Program-made: the position numbers and the translations under genes
From: Eledone cirrhosa
Taxonomy: Eukaryota
Assembly: GCA_964016885.1 (NCBI GenBank)
Contig: OZ024743.1
Coordinates: forward strand, 252,340,001 to 252,404,000
Reading direction: 5' to 3'
Length of the DNA stretch: 64,000 nt
Notes under the pieces: model-generated
The model's database searches: none
What the model saw: only the letters and a program-made list of their open reading frames with translations
Told to the model about the DNA's origin: nothing
Part shown: piece by piece, positions 12,701 to 27,700 of the stretch
Layout of the letters: each line of letters begins with the position of its first letter
How positions within the stretch are numbered: position 1 is the stretch's first letter

Positions 12701-15700
12701 GTGTCTCTCTAGTTCTTTAGGATCACACATGTTTGACACATTCTTCATGTGTCTTTCTAGTTATTTAGGGTCACACATGTTTGACACATTCTTCATGTGT
12801 CTCTCTAGTTCTTTAGGGTCACACATGTTTGACACATTCTTCATGTGTCTCTCTATTTCTTTAGGGTCACACATGTTTGACACATTCTTCATGTGTCTTT
12901 CTAGTTCTTTAGGGTCACACATGTTTGACACATTCTTCATGTGTCTTTCTAGTTCTTTAGGGTCACACATGTTTGACACATTCTTCATGTGACTTTCTAG
13001 TTCTTTAGGGTCACACATGTTTGACACATTCTTCATGTGTCTCTCTATTTCTTTAGGGTCACACATGTTTGACACATTCTTCATGTGACTTTCTAGTTCT
13101 TTAGGGTCACACATGTTTGACACATTCTTCATGTGACTTTCTAGTTCTTTAGGGTCACACATGTTTGACACATTCTTCATGTGTCTCTCTATTTCTTTAG
13201 GGTCACACATGTTTGACACATTCTTCATGTGTCTCTCTAGTTCTTTAGGATCACACATGTTTGACACATTCTTCATGTGTCTCTCTATTTCTTTAGGGTC
13301 ACACATGTTTGACACATTCTTCATGTGACTTTCTAGTTCTTTAGGTTCACACATGTTTGACACATTCTTCATGTGTCTCTCTATTTCTTTAGGGTCACAC
13401 ATGTTTGACACATTCTTCATGTGTCTCTCTGGTTCTTTAGGGTCACACATGTTTGACACATTCTTCATGTGTCTCTCTATTTCTTTAGGGTCACACATGT
13501 TAGACACATTCTTCATGTGTCTCTCTGGTTCTTTAGGGTCACACATGTTTGACACATTCTTCATGTGTCTCTCTATTTCTTTAGGGTCACACATGTTAGA
13601 CACATTCTTCATGTGTCTCTCTAGTTCTTTAGGGTCACACATGTTTGACACATTCTTCATGTGTCTCTCTATTTCTTTAGGTTCACACATGTTTGACACA
13701 TTCTTCATGTCTCTCTCTATTTCTTTAGGGTCACACATGTTAGACACATTCTTCATGTGTCTCTCTAGTTCTTTTGGGACACACATGTGGGACACATTCT
13801 TCATGTGTCTTTCTAGTTCTTTAGGGTCACACATGTTTGACACATTCTTCATGTGTCTCTCTTGTTCTTTAGGATCACACATGTTTGACACATTCTACAT
13901 GTGTCTCTCTATTTCTTTACGTTCACACATGTTAGACACATTCTTCATGTGCCTCTCTAGTTCTTTAGGGTCACACATGTTTGACACATTCTTAATGTGT
14001 CTCTCTAGTTCTTTAGGGTCACACATGTTTGACACATTCTTCATGTGACTTTCTAGTTCTTTAGGATTACACATGTTTGATACATTCTTCATGTCTCTCT
14101 ATTTCTTTAGGGTCACAAATGTTGGACACATTCTTCATGTGTCTCTCTATTTCTTTAGGGTCACACATGTTTGACACATTCTTCATGTGTCTTTCTAGTT
14201 CTTTAGGGTCACACATGATTGACACATTCTTCACGTGTCTCTCTATTTCTTTAGGATCACACATGTTTGACACATTCTTCATGTGTCTCGCTAGTTCTTT
14301 AGGGTCACACATGTTTGACACATTCTTCATGTGTCTCTCTAGTTCTTTAGGGTCACAAATGTTTGACACATTCTTCATGTGTCGCTCTATTTCTTTAGTG
14401 TCACACATGTTTGACACATTCTTCATGTGTCTCTCTAGTTCTTTAGGGTCACACATGTTTGACACATTCTTCATGTGTCTCTCTATTTCTTTAGGGTCAC
14501 ACATGTTTGACATATTCTTCATGTGTCTCTCTATTTCTTTAGGGTCACACATGTTTGACACATTCTTCATGTGTCTTTCTTGTTCTTTAGGGTCACACAT
14601 GTTTGACACATTCTTCATGTGTCTCTCTATTTCTTTAGGGTCACACATGTTTGACACATTCTTCATGTGACTTTTCTAGTTCTTTAGGGTCACACATGTT
14701 TGACACATTCTTCATGTGACTTTCTAGTTCTTTAGGGTCACACATGTTTGACACATTCTTCATGTGTCTCTCTATTTCTTTAGGGTCACACATGTTTGAC
14801 ACATTCTTCATGTGTCTCTCTAGTTCTTTAGGATCACACATGTTTGCCACATTCTTCATGTGTCTTTCTAGTTATTTAGGGTCACACATGTTTGACACAT
14901 TCTTCATGTGTCTCTCTAGTTCTTTAGGGTCACACATGTTTGACACATTCTTCATGTGTCTCTCTATTTCTTTAGGGTCACACATGTTTGACACATTCTT
15001 CATGTGTCTTTCTAGTTCTTTAGGGTCACACATGTTTGACACATTCTTCATGTGTCTTTCTAGTTCTTTAGGGTCACACATGTTTGACACATTCTTCATG
15101 TGACTTTCTAGTTCTTTAGGGTCACACATGTTTGACACATTCTTCATGTGTCTCTCTATTTCTTTAGGGTCACACATGTTTGACACATTCTTCATGTGAC
15201 TTTCTAGTTCTTTAGGGTCACACATGTTTGACACATTCTTCATGTGACTTTCTAGTTCTTTAGGGTCACACATGTTTGACACATTCTTCATGTGTCTCTC
15301 TATTTCTTTAGGGTCACACATGTTTGACACATTCTTCATGTGTCTCTCTAGTTCTTTAGGATCACACATGTTTGACACATTCTTCATGTGTCTCTCTATT
15401 TCTTTAGGGTCACACATGTTTGACACATTCTTCATGTGACTTTCTAGTTCTTTAGGGTCACACATGTTTGACACATTCTTCATGTGTCTCTCTATTTCTT
15501 TAGGGTCACACATGTTTGACACATTCTTCATGTGTCTCTCTGGTTCTTTAGGGTCACACATGTTTGACACATTCTTCATGTGTCTCTCTATTTCTTTAGG
15601 GTCACACATGTTAGACACATTCTTCATGTGTCTCTCTGGTTCTTTAGGGTCACACATGTTTGACACATTCTTCATGTGTCTCTCTATTTCTTTAGGGTCA

Positions 15701-18700
15701 CACATGTTAGACACATTCTTCATGTGTCTCTCTAGTTCTTTAGGGTCACACATGTTTGACACATTCTTCATGTGTCTCTCTATTTCTTTAGGTTCACACA
15801 TGTTTGACACATTCTTCATGTCTCTCTCTATTTCTTTATGGTCACACATGTTAGACACATTCTTCATGTGTCTCTCTAGTTCTTTTGGGACACACATGTG
15901 GGACACATTCTTCATGTGTCTTTCTAGTTCTTTAGGGTCACACATGTTTGACACATTCTTCATGTGTCTCTCTTGTTCTTTAGGGTCACACATGTTTGAC
16001 ACATTCTTCATGTGACTTTCTAGTTCTTTAGGATTACACATGTTTGATACATTCTTCATGTCTCTCTATTTCTTTAGGGTCACACATGTTTGACACATTC
16101 TTCATGTGTCTCTCAATTTCTTTAGGCTCACACATGTTTGACACATTCTTCATGTGTCTCTGTAGTTCTTTAGGGTCACACATGTTTGACACATTCTTCA
16201 TGTGACTTTCTAGTTCTTTAGGATCACACATGTTTGACACATTCTTCATGTGTCTCTCTAGTTCTTTAGGGTCACACATGTTTGACACATTCTTCATGTG
16301 TCTCTCTAGTTCTTTAGGGACACACATGTGGGACACATTCTTCATGTGTCTTTCTAGTTCCTTAGGGTCACACATGTTTGACACATTCTTCATGTGTCTC
16401 TCTTGTTCTTTAGGATCACACATGTTTGACACATTCTACATGTGTCTCTCTATTTCTTTAGGGTCACACATGTTAGACACATTCTTCATGTGTCTCTCTA
16501 GTTCTTTAGGGTCACACATGTTTGACACATTCTTCATGTGTCTCTCTAGTTCTTTAGGGTCACACATGTTTGACACATTCTTCATGTGACTTTCTAGTTC
16601 TTTAGGATTACACATGTTTGATACATTCTTCATGTCTCTCTATTTCTTTAGGGTCACACATGTTTGACACATTCTTCATGTGTCTCTCTATTTCTTTAGG
16701 GTCACACATGTTAGACACATTCTTCATGTGTCTCTGTAGTTCTTTAGGGTCACACATGTTTGACACATTCTTCATGTGACTTTCTAGTTCTTTAGGATCA
16801 CACATGTTTGACACATTCTTCATGTGTCGCTCTATTTCTTTAGTGTCACACATGTTTGACACATTCTTCATGTGTCTCTCTAGTTCTTTAGGGTCACACA
16901 TGTTTGACACATTCTTCATGTGTCTCTCTATTTCTTTAGGGTCACACATGTTTGACACATTCTTCATGTGTCTCTCTAGGTCTTTAAGGTCACATATGTT
17001 TGACACATTCTTCATGTGTCTCTCTATTTCTTTAGGATCACACATGTTTGACACATTCTTCATGTGTCTCGCTAGTTCTTTAGGGTCACACATGTTTGAC
17101 ACATTCTTCATGTGTCTCTCTAGTTCTTTAGGGTCACAAATGTTTGACACATTCTTCATGTGTCGCTCTATTTCTTTAGTGTCACACATGTTTGACACAT
17201 TCTTCATGTGTCTCTCTAGTTCTTTAGGGTCACACATGTTTGACACATTCTTCATGTGTCTCTCTATTTCTTTAGGGTCACACATGTTTGACACATTATT
17301 CATGTGTCTCTCTAGGTCTTTAAGGTCACATATGTTTGACACATTCTTCATGTGACTTTCTAGTTCTTTAGGGTCACACATGTTTGACATATTCTTCATG
17401 TGTCTCTCTATTTCTTTAAGGTCACACATGTTTGACACATTCTTCATGTGTCTTTCTAGTTCTTTAGGGTCACACATGTTTGACACATTCTTCATGTGTC
17501 TCTCTATTTCTTTAGGGTCACACATGTTTGACACATTCTTCATGTGACTTTTCTAGTCCTTTAGGGTCACACATGTTTGACACATTCTTCATGTGACTTT
17601 CTAGTTCTTTAGGGTCACACATGTTTGACACATTCTTCATGTGTCTCTCTATTTCTTTAGGGTCACACATGTTTGACACATTCTTCATGTGTCTCTCTAG
17701 TTCTTTAGGATCACACATGTTTGACACATTCTTCATGTGTCTTTCTAGTTCTTTAGGGTCACACATGTTTGACACATTCTTCATGTGTCTCTCTAGTTCT
17801 TTAGGGTCACACATGTTTGACACCTTCTTCATATGTCTCTCTATTTCTTTAGGGTCACACATGTTTGACACATTCTTCATGTGTCTTTCTAGTTCTTTAG
17901 GGTCACACATGTTTGACACATTCTTCATGTGTCTTTCTAGTTCTTTAGGGTCACACATGTTTGACACATTCTTCATGTGACTTTCTAGTTCTTTAGGGTC
18001 ACACATGTTTGACACATTCTTCATGTGTCTCTCTATTTCTTTAGGGTCACACATGTTTGACACATTCTTCATGTGACTTTCTAGTTCTTTAGGGTCACAC
18101 ATGTTTGACACATTCTTCATGTGTCTCTCTATTTCTTTAGGGTCACACATGTTTGACACATTCTTCATGTGTCTCTCTAGTTCTTTAGGATCACACATGT
18201 TTGACACATTCTTCATGTGTCTTTCTAGTTCTTTAGGGTCACACATGTTTGACACATTCTTCATGTGTCTCTCTAGTTCTTTAGGGTCACACATGTTTGA
18301 CACATTCTTCATGTGTCTCTCTATTTCTTTAGGGTCACACATGTTTGACACATTCTTCATGTGTCTTTCTAGTTCTTTAGGGTCACACATGTTTGACACA
18401 TTCTTCATGTGTCTTTCTAGTTCTTTAGGGTCACACATGTTTGACACATTCTTCATGTGACTTTCTAGTTCTTTAGGGTCACACATGTTTGACACATTCT
18501 TCATGTGACTTTCTAGTTCTTTAGGGTCACACATGTTTGACACATTCTTCATGTGTCTCTCTATTTCTTTAGGGTCACACATGTTTGACACATTCTTCAT
18601 GTGTCTCTCTGGTTCTTTAGGGTCACACATGTTTGACACATTCTTCATGTATCTCTCTAATTCTTTAGGGTCACACATGTTAGACACATTCTTCATGTGT

Positions 18701-21700
18701 CTCTCTGGTTCTTTAGGGTCACACATGTTTGACACATTCTTCATGTGTCTCTCTATTTCTTTAGGGTCACACATGTTAGACACATTCTTCATGTGTCTCT
18801 CTAGTTCTTTAGGGTCACACATGTTTGACACATTCTTCATGTGTCTCTCTATTTCTTTAGGTTCACACATGTTTGACACATTCTTCATGTCTCTCTCTAT
18901 TTCTTTATGGTCACACATGTTAGACACATTCTTCATGTGTCTCTCTAGTTCTTTTGGGACACACATGTGGGACACATTCTTCATGTGTCTTTCTAGTTAT
19001 TTAGGGTCACACATGTTTGACACATTCTTCATGTGTCTCTCTTGTTCTTTAGGATCACACATGTTTGACACATTCTACATGTGTCTCTCTATTTCTTTAG
19101 GTTCACACATGTTAGACACATTCTTCATGTGCCTCTCTAGTTCTTTAGGGTCACACATCTTTGACACATTCTTCATGTGTCTCTCTAGTTCTTTAGGGTC
19201 ACACATGTTTGACACATTCTTCATGTGACTTTCTAGTTCTTTAGGATTACACATGTTTGATACATTCTTCATGTCTCTCTATTTCTTTAGGGTCACACAT
19301 GTTTGACACATTCTTCATGTGTCTCTCTATTTCTTTAGGGTCACACATGTTTGACACATTCTTCATGTGTCTCTGTAGTTCTTTAGGGTCACACATGTTT
19401 GACACATTCTTCATGTGACTTTCTAGTTCTTTAGGATCACACATGTTTGACACGTTCTTCATGTGTCTCTCTGGTTCTTTAGGGTCACACATGTTTGACA
19501 CATTTTTCATGTGTTTCTCTAGTTCTTTAAGGTCACACATGTTTGACACATTCTTCATGTGTCTCTTTAGTTCTTTAGGGTCACACATGTTTGACACATT
19601 CTTCATGTGTCTCTCTATTTCTTTTAGGGTCACACATGTTAGACACATTCTTCATGTGTCTCTCTAGTTCTTTAGGGTCACACATGTTTGACACATTCTT
19701 CATGTGTCTCTCTAGTTCTTTAGGGACACACATGTGGGACACATTCTTCATGTGTCTTTCTAGTTCTTTAGGGTCACACATGTTTGACACATTCTTCATG
19801 TGTCTCTCTTGTTCTTTAGGATCATACATGTTTGACACATTCTACATGTGTCTCTCTATTTCTTTAGGGTCACACATGTTAGACACATTCTTCATGTGTC
19901 TCTCTAGTTCTTTAGGGTCACACATGTTTGACACATTCTTCATGTGTCTCTCTATTTCTTTAGGGTCACACATGTTTGACACATTCTTCATGTGTCTCTC
20001 TAGGTCTTTAAGGTCACATATGTTTGACACATTCTTCATGTGACTTTCTAGTTCTTTAGGGTCACACATGTTTGACATATTCTTCATGTGTCTCTCTATT
20101 TCTTTAGGGTCACACATGTTTGACACATTCTTCATGTGTCTTTCTAGTTCTTTAGGGTCACACATGTTTGACACATTCTTCATGTGTCTCTCTATTTCTT
20201 TAGGGTCACACATGTTTGACACATTCTTCATGTGACTTTTCTAGTTCTTTAGGGTCACACATGTTTGACACATTCTTCATGTGACTTTCTAGTTCTTTAG
20301 GGTCACACATGTTTGACACATTCTTCATGTGTCTCTCTATTTCTTTAGGGTCACACATGTTTGACACATTCTTCATGTGTCTCTCTAGTTCTTTAGGATC
20401 ACACATGTTTGACACATTCTTCATGTGTCTTTCTTGTTCTTTAGGGTCACACATGTTTGACACATTCTTCATGTGTCTCTCTAGTTCTTTAGGGTCACAC
20501 ATGTTTGACACATTCTTCATGTGTCTCTCTATTTCTTTAGGGTCACACATGTTTGACACATTCTTCATGTGTCTTTCTAGTTCTTTAGGGTCACACATGT
20601 TTGACACATTCTTCATGTGTCTTTATAGTTCTTTAGGGTCACACATGTTTGACACATTCTTCATGTGACTTTCTAGTTCTTTAGGGTCACACATGTTTGA
20701 CACATTCTTCATGTGTCTCTCTATTTCTTTAGGGTCACACATGTTTGACACATTCTTCATGTGACTTTCTAGTTCTTTAGGGTCACACATGTTTGACACA
20801 TTCTTCATGTGACTTTCTAGTTCTTTAGGGTCACACATGTTTGACACATTCTTCATGTGTCTCTCTAGTTCTTTAGGATCACACATGTTTGACACATTCT
20901 TCATGTGTCTCTCTATTTCTTTAGGGTCACACATGTTTGACACATTCTTCATGTGACTTTCTAGTTCTTTAGGGTCACACATGTTTGACACATTCTTCAT
21001 GTGTCTCTCTATTTCTTTAGGGTCACACATGTTTGACACATTCTTCATGTGTCTCTCTGGTTCTTTAGGGTCACACATGTTTGACACATTCTTCATGTGT
21101 CTCTCTATTTCTTTAGGGTCACACATGTTAGACACATTCTTCATGTGTCTCTCTGGTTCTTTAGGGTCACACATGTTTGACACATTCTTCATGTGTCTCT
21201 CTATTTCTTTAGGGTCACACATGTTAGACACATTCTTCATGTGTCTCTCTATTTCTTTAGGTTCACACATGTTTGACACATTCTTCATGTCTCTCTCTAT
21301 TTCTTTAGGGTCACACATGTTAGACATATTCTTCATGTGTCTCTCTAGTTCTTTTGGGACACACATGTGGGACACATTCTTCATGTGTCTTTCTAGTTCT
21401 TTAGAGTCACACATGTTTGACACATTCTTCATGTGTCTCTCTTGTTCTTTAGGATCACACATGTTTGACACATTCTACATGGGTCTCTCTATTTCTTTAG
21501 GTTCACACATGTTAGACACATTCTTCATGTGCCTCTCTAGTTCTTTAGGGTCACACATGTTTGACACATTCTTCATGTGTCTCTCTAGTTCTTTAGGGTC
21601 ACACATGTTTGACACATTCTTCATGTGACTTTCTAGTTCTTTAGGATTACACATGTTTGATACATTCTTCATGTCTCTCTATTTCTTTAGGGTCACAAAT

Positions 21701-24700
21701 GTTGGACACATTCTTCATGTGTCTCTCTATTTCTTTAAGGTCACACATGTTTGACACATTCTTCATGTGTCTTTCTAGTTCTTTAGGGTCACACATGATT
21801 GACACATTCTTCATGTGTCTCTCTATTTCTTTAGGATCACACATGTTTGACACATTCTTCATGTGTCTCGCTAGTTCTTTAGGGTCACACATGTTTGACA
21901 CATTCTTCATGTGTCTCTCTAGTTCTTTAGGGTCACAAATGTTTGACACATTCTTCATGTGTCGCTCTATTTCTTTAGTGTCACACATGTTTGACACATT
22001 CTTCATGTGTCTCTCTAGTTCTTTAGGGTCACACATGTTTGACACATTCTTCATGTGTCTCTCTATTTCTTTAGGGTCACACATGTTTGACATATTCTTC
22101 ATGTGTCTCTCTATTTCTTTAGGGTCACACATGTTTGAGACATTCTTCATGTGTCTTTCTAGTTCTTTAGGGTCACACATGTTTGACACATTCTTCATGT
22201 GTCTCTCTATTTCTTTAGGGTCACACATGTTTGACACATTCTTCATGTGTCTCTCTAGTTCTTTAGGATCACACATGTTTGACACATTCTTCATGTGTCT
22301 TTCTAGTTATTTAGGGTCACACATGTTTGACACATTCTTCATGTGTCTCTCTAGTTCTTTAGGGTCACACATGTTTGACACATTCTTCATGTGTCTCTCT
22401 ATTTCTTTAGGGTCACACATGTTTGACACATTCTTCATGTGTCTTTCTAGTTCTTTAGGGTCACACATGTTTGACACATTCTTCATGTGTCTTTCTAGTT
22501 CTTTAGGGTCACACATGTTTGACACATTCTTCATGTGACTTTCTAGTTCTTTAGGGTCACACATGTTTGACACATTCTTCATGTGTCTCTCTATTTCTTT
22601 AGGGTCACACATGTTTGACACATTCTTCATGTGACTTTCTAGTTCTTTAGGTCACACATGTTTGACACATTCTTCATGTGACTTTCTAGTTCTTTAGGGT
22701 CACACATGTTTGACACATTCTTCATGTGTCTCTCTATTTCTTTAGGGTCACACATGTTTGACACATTCTTCATGTGTCTCTCTAGTTCTTTAGGATCACA
22801 CATGTTTGACACATTCTTCATGTGTCTCTCTATTTCTTTAGGGTCACACATGTTTGACACATTCTTCATGTGACTTTCTAGTTCTTTAGGTTCACACATG
22901 TTTGACACATTCTTCATGTGTCTCTCTATTTCTTTAGGGTCACACATGTTTGACACATTCTTCATGTGTCTCTCTGGTTCTTTAGGGTCACACATGTTTG
23001 ACACATTCTTCATGTGTCTCTCTATTTCTTTAGGGTCACACATGTTAGACACATTCTTCATGTGTCTCTCTGGTTCTTTAGGGTCACACATGTTTGACAC
23101 ATTCTTCATGTGTCTCTCTATTTCTTTAGGGTCACACATGTTAGACACATTCTTCATGTGTCTCTCTAGTTCTTTAGGGTCACACATGTTTGACACATTC
23201 TTCATGTGTCTCTCTATTTCTTTAGGTTCACACATGTTTGACACATTCTTCATGTCTCTCTCTATTTCTTTAGGGTCACACATGTTAGACACATTCTTCA
23301 TGTGTCTCTCTAGTTCTTTTGGGACACACATGTGGGACACATTCTTCATGTGTCTTTCTAGTTCTTTAGGGTCACACATGTTTGACACATTCTTCATGTG
23401 TCTCTCTTGTTCTTTAGGATCACACATGTTTGACACATTCTACATGTGTCTCTCTATTTCTTTACGTTCACACATGTTAGACACATTCTTCATGTGCCTC
23501 TCTAGTTCTTTAGTGTCACACTTTTTGACACATTCTTAATGTGTCTCTCTAGTTCTTTAGGGTCACACATGTTTGACACATTCTTCATGTGACTTTCTAG
23601 TTCTTTAGGATTACACATGTTTGATACATTCTTCATGTCTCTCTATTTCTTTAGGGTCACAAATGTTGGACACATTCTTCATGTGTCTCTCTATTTCTTT
23701 AGGGTCACACATGTTTGACACATTCTTCATGTGTCTTTCTAGTTCTTTAGGGTCACACATGATTGACACATTCTTCACGTGTCTCTCTATTTCTTTAGGA
23801 TCACACATGTTTGACACATTCTTCATGTGTCTCGCTAGTTCTTTAGGGTCACACATGTTTGACACATTCTTCATGTGTCTCTCTAGTTCTTTAGGGTCAC
23901 AAATGTTTGACACATTCTTCATGTGTCGCTCTATTTCTTTAGTGTCACACATGTTTGACACATTCTTCATGTGTCTCTCTAGTTCTTTAGGGTCACACAT
24001 GTTTGACACATTCTTCATGTGTCTCTCTATTTCTTTAGGGTCACACATGTTTGACATATTCTTCATGTGTCTCTCTATTTCTTTAGGGTCACACATGTTT
24101 GACACATTCTTCATGTGTCTTTCTAGTTCTTTAGGGTCACACATGTTTGACACATTCTTCATGTGTCTCTCTATTTCTTTAGGGTCACACATGTTTGACA
24201 CATTCTTCATGTGACTTTTCTAGTTCTTTAGGGTCACACATGTTTGACACATTCTTCATGTGACTTTCTAGTTCTTTAGGGTCACACATGTTTGACACAT
24301 TCTTCATGTGTCTCTCTATTTCTTTAGGGTCACACATGTTTGACACATTCTTCATGTGTCTCTCTGGTTCTTTAGGGTCACACATGTTTGACACATTCTT
24401 CATGTGTCTCTCTATTTCTTTAGGGTCACACATGTTAGACACATTCTTCATGTGTCTCTCTGGTTCTTTAGGGTCACACATGTTTGACACATTCTTCATG
24501 TGTCTCTCTATTTCTTTAGGGTCACACATGTTAGACACATTCTTCATGTGTCTCTCTATTTCTTTAGGTTCACACATGTTTGACACATTCTTCATGTCTC
24601 TCTCTATTTCTTTAGGGTCACACATGTTAGACATATTCTTCATGTGTCTCTCTAGTTCTTTTGGGACACACATGTGGGACACATTCTTCATGTGTCTTTC

Positions 24701-27700
24701 TAGTTCTTTAGAGTCACACATGTTTGACACATTCTTCATGTGTCTCTCTTGTTCTTTAGGATCACACATGTTTGACACATTCTACATGTGTCTCTCTATT
24801 TCTTTAGGTTCACACATGTTAGACACATTCTTCATGTGCCTCTCTAGTTCTTTAGGGTCACACATGTTTGACACATTCTTCATGTGTCTCTCTAGTTCTT
24901 TAGGGTCACACATGTTTGACACATTCTTCATGTGACTTTCTAGTTCTTTAGGATTACACATGTTTGATACATTCTTCATGTCTCTCTATTTCTTTAGGGT
25001 CACAAATGTTGGACACATTCTTCATGTGTCTCTCTATTTCTTTAGGGTCACACATGTTTGACACATTCTTCATGTGTCTTTCTAGTTCTTTAGGGTCACA
25101 CATGATTGACACATTCTTCATGTGTCTCTCTATTTCTTTAGGATCACACATGTTTGACACATTCTTCATGTGTCTCGCTAGTTCTTTAGGGTCACACATG
25201 TTTGACACATTCTTCATGTGTCTCTCTAGTTCTTTAGGGTCACAAATGTTTGACACATTCTTCATGTGTCGCTCTATTTCTTTAGTGTCACACATGTTTG
25301 ACACATTCTTCATGTGTCTCTCTAGTTCTTTAGGGTCACACATGTTTGACACATTCTTCATGTGTCTCTCTATTTCTTTAGGGTCACACATGTTTGACAT
25401 ATTCTTCATGTGTCTCTCTATTTCTTTAGGGTCACACATGTTTGAGACATTCTTCATGTGTCTTTCTAGTTCTTTAGGGTCACACATGTTTGACACATTC
25501 TTCATGTGTCTCTCTATTTCTTTAGGGTCACACATGTTTGACACATTCTTCATGTGTCTCTCTAGTTCTTTAGGATCACACATGTTTGACACATTCTTCA
25601 TGTGTCTTTCTAGTTATTTAGGGTCACACATGTTTGACACATTCTTCATGTGTCTCTCTAGTTCTTTAGGGTCACACATGTTTGACACATTCTTCATGTG
25701 TCTCTCTATTTCTTTAGGGTCACACATGTTTGACACATTCTTCATGTGTCTTTCTAGTTCTTTAGGGTCACACATGTTTGACACATTCTTCATGTGTCTT
25801 TCTAGTTCTTTAGGGTCACACATGTTTGACACATTCTTCATGTGACTTTCTAGTTCTTTAGGGTCACACATGTTTGACACATTCTTCATGTGTCTCTCTA
25901 TTTCTTTAGGGTCACACATGTTTGACACATTCTTCATGTGACTTTCTAGTTCTTTAGGGTCACACATGTTTGACACATTCTTCATGTGACTTTCTAGTTC
26001 TTTAGGGTCACACATGTTTGACACATTCTTCATGTGTCTCTCTATTTCTTTAGGGTCACACATGTTTGACACATTCTTCATGTGTCTCTCTAGTTCTTTA
26101 GGATCACACATGTTTGACACATTCTTCATGTGTCTCTCTATTTCTTTAGGGTCACACATGTTTGACACATTCTTCATGTGACTTTCTAGTTCTTTAGGTT
26201 CACACATGTTTGACACATTCTTCATGTGTCTCTCTATTTCTTTAGGGTCACACATGTTTGACACATTCTTCATGTGTCTCTCTGGTTCTTTAGGGTCACA
26301 CATGTTTGACACATTCTTCATGTGTCTCTCTATTTCTTTAGGGTCACACATGTTAGACACATTCTTCATGTGTCTCTCTGGTTCTTTAGGGTCACACATG
26401 TTTGACACATTCTTCATGTGTCTCTCTATTTCTTTAGGGTCACACATGTTAGACACATTCTTCATGTGTCTCTCTAGTTCTTTAGGGTCACACATGTTTG
26501 ACACATTCTTCATGTGTCTCTCTATTTCTTTAGGTTCACACATGTTTGACACATTCTTCATGTCTCTCTCTATTTCTTTAGGGTCACACATGTTAGACAC
26601 ATTCTTCATGTGTCTCTCTAGTTCTTTTGGGACACACATGTGGGACACATTCTTCATGTGTCTTTCTAGTTCTTTAGGGTCACACATGTTTGACACATTC
26701 TTCATGTGTCTCTCTTGTTCTTTAGGATCACACATGTTTGACACATTCTTCATGTGTCTCTCTATTTCTTTAGGTTCACACATGTTTGACACATTCTTCA
26801 TGTCTCTCTCTATTTCTTTAGGGTCACACATGTTAGACACATTCTTCATGTGTCTCTCTAGTTCTTTTGGGACACACATGTGGGACACATTCTTCATGTG
26901 TCTTTCTAGTTCTTTAGGGTCACACATGTTTGACACATTCTTCATGTGACTTTCTAGTTCTTTAGGATTACACATGTTTGATACATTCTTCATGTCTCTC
27001 TATTTCTTTAGGGTCACAAATGTTGGACACATTCTTCATGTGTCTCTCTATTTCTTTAGGGTCACACATGTTTGACACATTCTTCATGTGTCTTTCTAGT
27101 TCTTTAGGGTCACACATGATTGACACATTCTTCACGTGTCTCTCTATTTCTTTAGGATCACACATGTTTGACACATTCTTCATGTGTCTCGCTAGTTCTT
27201 TAGGGTCACACATGTTTGACACATTCTTCATGTGTCTCTCTAGTTCTTTAGGGTCACAAATGTTTGACACATTCTTCATGTGTCGCTCTATTTCTTTAGT
27301 GTCACACATGTTTGACACATTCTTCATGTGTCTCTCTAGTTCTTTAGGGTCACACATGTTTGACACATTCTTCATGTGTCTCTCTATTTCTTTAGGGTCA
27401 CACATGTTTGACATATTCTTCATGTGTCTCTCTATTTCTTTAGGGTCACACATGTTTGACACATTCTTCATGTGTCTTTCTAGTTCTTTAGGGTCACACA
27501 TGTTTGACACATTCTTCATGTGTCTCTCTATTTCTTTAGGGTCACACATGTTTGACACATTCTTCATGTGACTTTTCTAGTTCTTTAGGGTCACACATGT
27601 TTGACACATTCTTCATGTGACTTTCTAGTTCTTTAGGGTCACACATGTTTGACACATTCTTCATGTGTCTCTCTATTTCTTTAGGGTCACACATGTTTGA